64,000 nt of DNA, from NCBI GenBank assembly GCA_964445745.1, contig CAYULU010000003.1, positions 2,456 through 66,455 of the forward strand. Direction: 5' to 3'. A model generated the notes under the pieces. That model did no database searches. It was given only the letters and a program-made list of their open reading frames with translations, and was not told the origin of the DNA. Source of the stretch: an uncultured bacterium (GTDB taxonomy: Bacteria > Omnitrophota > Omnitrophia > Omnitrophales > Aquincolibacteriaceae). Position 1 is the first letter of the stretch; the number at the start of each line of letters is the position of its first letter. Positions 62,149-64,000 of the stretch are shown here, piece after piece. Made by a program: the position numbers and the translations under genes.

Positions 62149-62221
62149 AGCTGGAGACGGGGCTTGAACCCGTGACCTCGTCCTTACCAAGGACGTGCTC
62201 TACCAACTGAGCTACTCCAGC
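62149..62221 (-). tRNA. tRNA-Thr (anticodon GGT)
   Basis: Hand-folded 73-nt cloverleaf: GCTGGAG/CTCCAGC acceptor, anticodon stem CGTCC/GGACG with loop TTGGTAA, T-arm ACGGG-TTCAAGC-CCCGT. Confidence 0.9.
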
Positions 62222-62381
62222 ACTACGACTTTGCTTAACCGATTTTTTTGTCCAGCAAAATCGAGCACTGCAAATTACACAAAAAAATTTCTTAAAACAT
62301 GGAAAATTCGAATTTTAGAAAAGACTGAAGACAAATACTGCCCACAAACAGAGACAGCATGCTCCTTAAAGGAAAGGCCGT

Positions 62382-62430
62382 ATTCTAGTCATATCGAAAG
62401 AGCCGTCAAGTTTTTTTTACACTTTTTTTT
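62382..62430 (-). promoter_or_regulatory. Strong candidate promoter with A-tract UP-like element for tRNA-Thr/tuf
   Basis: Minus strand AAAAAAAA-gtgt-AAAAAAAA-ct-TTGACG-16 nt-TAGAAT, about 150 nt upstream of the tRNA-Thr 5' end. Confidence 0.55.
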
Positions 62431-62602
62431 AAGAAACTATACCCGCCCCCTCAATCGGTTCGGGTATTTTCAAAAGCTCCGGAACATTCTGATTTATACG
62501 CCCGAACCTTGTGAGGGAAAAGAATTTGCTGTGGCACGGCTTAACAACTTTCAATTCAGGGAGATTCTCCCTCAAGTAAAAATATAATTCTCCGAATAAA
62601 TC

Positions 62603-63343
62603 CTAGGTGAAAGATTTTTTAATTTTCTCAAACAAGCTTGTTTTAACCGGGGCAATCCCACCGGCTCCCAAAAACTGGAGTACCTGATCTTCGGCAAAAT
62701 TGTAACCTATTTTTTTCATGGCGAGCATGACGGTCACATAAACCAGATCCTGAGGAACAGACAAATTATAAAACGTTTGTCCTTGAACATTCACCTTGAT
62801 GTGTTTTTCTTTCTGCAAACCAGTCAGGGCTTCAACCAGCGTAATGTCCCCGATTGAAATAATGAACTCGTCAATCATGACCCGAGCATTGACCTTAGAT
62901 AAATGCTCCGAATCGGCCGCATCAATATTTTCAGGAACGGAAGATGACTGCTTTTTAATGGTTTTCAACTCCATCACATTAAAACCATTCCTCGGAGAGT
63001 GTATGACATTGAGGTTGCGAAGATACAATCCAACGGTTCTAAACCGGAAAATTCCCGCAGGAATTTTTGTGGTATCTAGTGAAACAATCACCAGAGGGAT
63101 GTCTGCCATCAGCCCCGAGCCATAATGGTAGGGGTTTCCAATCTCCAGCCCGTGGATTTCAAATCCCGTATTTTTCCAATCCATCTTAACGGAACTTATC
63201 TCAACTGGAGATCCCAACTGCCAACTCAAGGTATGTTTCACCACCTGGCGAATAGTCCAGGTATGAAAAATCAGGGCAACCACGGAAAGAATCACCGCCC
63301 ATCGCATGAGATTAAATATAAGTTTGATCAATATGCTAATCAT
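62603..63343 (-). CDS. Hypothetical membrane-anchored protein
   Basis: 246-aa ORF with good SD (AAGGAGAG), an N-terminal TM anchor (WAVILSVVALIFHTW) and a beta-rich remainder. I recognise no family with confidence. Confidence 0.55.
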   Translation of the reverse strand: MISILIKLIFNLMRWAVILSVVALIFHTWTIRQVVKHTLSWQLGSPVEISSVKMDWKNTGFEIHGLEIGNPYHYGSGLMADIPLVIVSLDTTKIPAGIFRFRTVGLYLRNLNVIHSPRNGFNVMELKTIKKQSSSVPENIDAADSEHLSKVNARVMIDEFIISIGDITLVEALTGLQKEKHIKVNVQGQTFYNLSVPQDLVYVTVMLAMKKIGYNFAEDQVLQFLGAGGIAPVKTSLFEKIKKSFT

Positions 63344-63694
63344 GGTCTCTCCTTAACTTTACATATCGGCACTCTCAAAGATGCCTTGAAACCTTCTGAA
63401 ACCTAAATATTGTTCTTCCTTCTGTTAAGTTCCAATTTGCGTTAAATCTGAGCTCCTCGCAGAACAAAAGAACTCGTACCCTATTTTTTCATCTACCGCA
63501 ACATTGAAAGAACACAATTCCATATACAACTTAAGTTAACCTTTGCACCAATCTTTACCTTTGCTTTGCTACGCTTATTTGCTACATTATCCTCTGATAC
63601 AATTTTGTACTAAAATGACTCAGCCGGGTCTCCGTTCAGGAGAAGAGCTTTTGCTCCAAAAAATACGTTTCTACAATGACTACGAGGGTAAACT

Positions 63695-64000
63695 ATGAAA
63701 GACTTCGAAGATAAGATTGTTCTGATAACGGGCGGGACCGGCTCCTTCGGAACCGCACTGCTAAAAAAATTTATTCATACAGGCATCATGGACCAGCTTC
63801 GCGAAATTCGCATTTTCAGCAGAGATGAGTTAAAGCAAGACCTGATGCGGAATAAATTCAATATCAAAAAAATCAAATATTATATCGGCGATGTACGGCA
63901 TCGAGCCAGCGTAGACCAAGCCATGCAAAATGTTAATTTCGTATTTCACGCGGCCGCTCTGAAGCAAGTACCCTCTTGTGAATTTTTTCCGCTGGAAGCC
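63695..64000 (+). CDS. pseB: UDP-N-acetylglucosamine 4,6-dehydratase-like (PseB/FlaA1/CapD family), N-terminal part; runs off the window
   Basis: Own translation: MKDFEDKIVLITGGTGSFGTALLKKF...IRIFSRDELKQDLMRNKF...YYIGDVRH...FHAAALKQVPSCEFFPLEA. GAGGG SD 7 nt upstream. Confidence 0.75.
   Translation, partial: MKDFEDKIVLITGGTGSFGTALLKKFIHTGIMDQLREIRIFSRDELKQDLMRNKFNIKKIKYYIGDVRHRASVDQAMQNVNFVFHAAALKQVPSCEFFPLEA

Noticed and set aside
61172-62167. 331-aa plus-strand ORF antisense to tuf. Similar long antisense ORFs occur at 10746..11576 (aroC), 30947..31735 (rpoA), 27038..27772 (mfd), 38237..38914 (rplF/rplR), 47915..48571 (fusA), 50142..50813 (rpoC) and 57503..58150 (rplL/rplJ).
   Set aside because: Each lies entirely opposite a strongly supported conserved gene. 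They have no SD and low-complexity or odd composition. They are the expected by-product of codon bias depleting stop codons in the antisense frames.
62195-62587. 130-aa plus-strand ORF
   Set aside because: It starts inside tRNA-Thr (antisense) and runs through the tuf promoter region. It has no SD and a junk-like sequence.

Overview
Apart from the last ~300 bp, the window is a single co-directional minus-strand block of core housekeeping genes. It uses the standard genetic code (TGA, TAA and TAG all act as stops). The source looks like an anaerobic diderm bacterium (rubrerythrin, SurA-like chaperone); any finer taxonomy would be a guess. In transcription order (high to low coordinates) the block holds: a membrane-anchored hypothetical; tRNA-Thr, tuf, rpmG, tRNA-Trp, secE, nusG, rplKAJL, rpoBC, rpsLG and fusA; the complete S10/spc/alpha ribosomal cluster from rpsJ to rplQ, including secY-adk-map-infA-rpmJ; an aminotransferase; an unusually short Mfd; surA-like, pdxA and rsmA; a polyprenyl synthase; rsmI; purN; eno-ftsB; a secreted hydrolase-like protein followed directly by ilvBNC-leuA-aroE-pilD-aroCKB; dprA; rubrerythrin; and fba. 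After these comes a small accessory-looking patch (two signal-peptide hypotheticals, an NDP-sugar epimerase and a secreted protein with tail-fibre-like motifs), then gatB and a partial tsaD. A plus-strand pseB-like gene starts at 63695 and runs off the window. I saw no rRNA, CRISPR array, transposase/integrase, or recognisable defence or toxin genes, and I did not find a convincing novel multi-gene system. The most unusual items are: a 638-aa Mfd missing both termini, next to a 443-bp repeat-bearing gap; the uncharacterised secreted proteins at 2131-5700; a hydrolase-like protein with GKNTG in place of GxSxG at the head of the ilv/aro gene string; missing rpmD and a displaced tuf; a 22-bp nested hairpin after rplQ; several long structured spacers inside the ribosomal operons; and two genes with TATAAT exactly 9 nt upstream of an ATG and no Shine-Dalgarno (SD). 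All functional calls rest on my own motif recognition and synteny. No database search was run.
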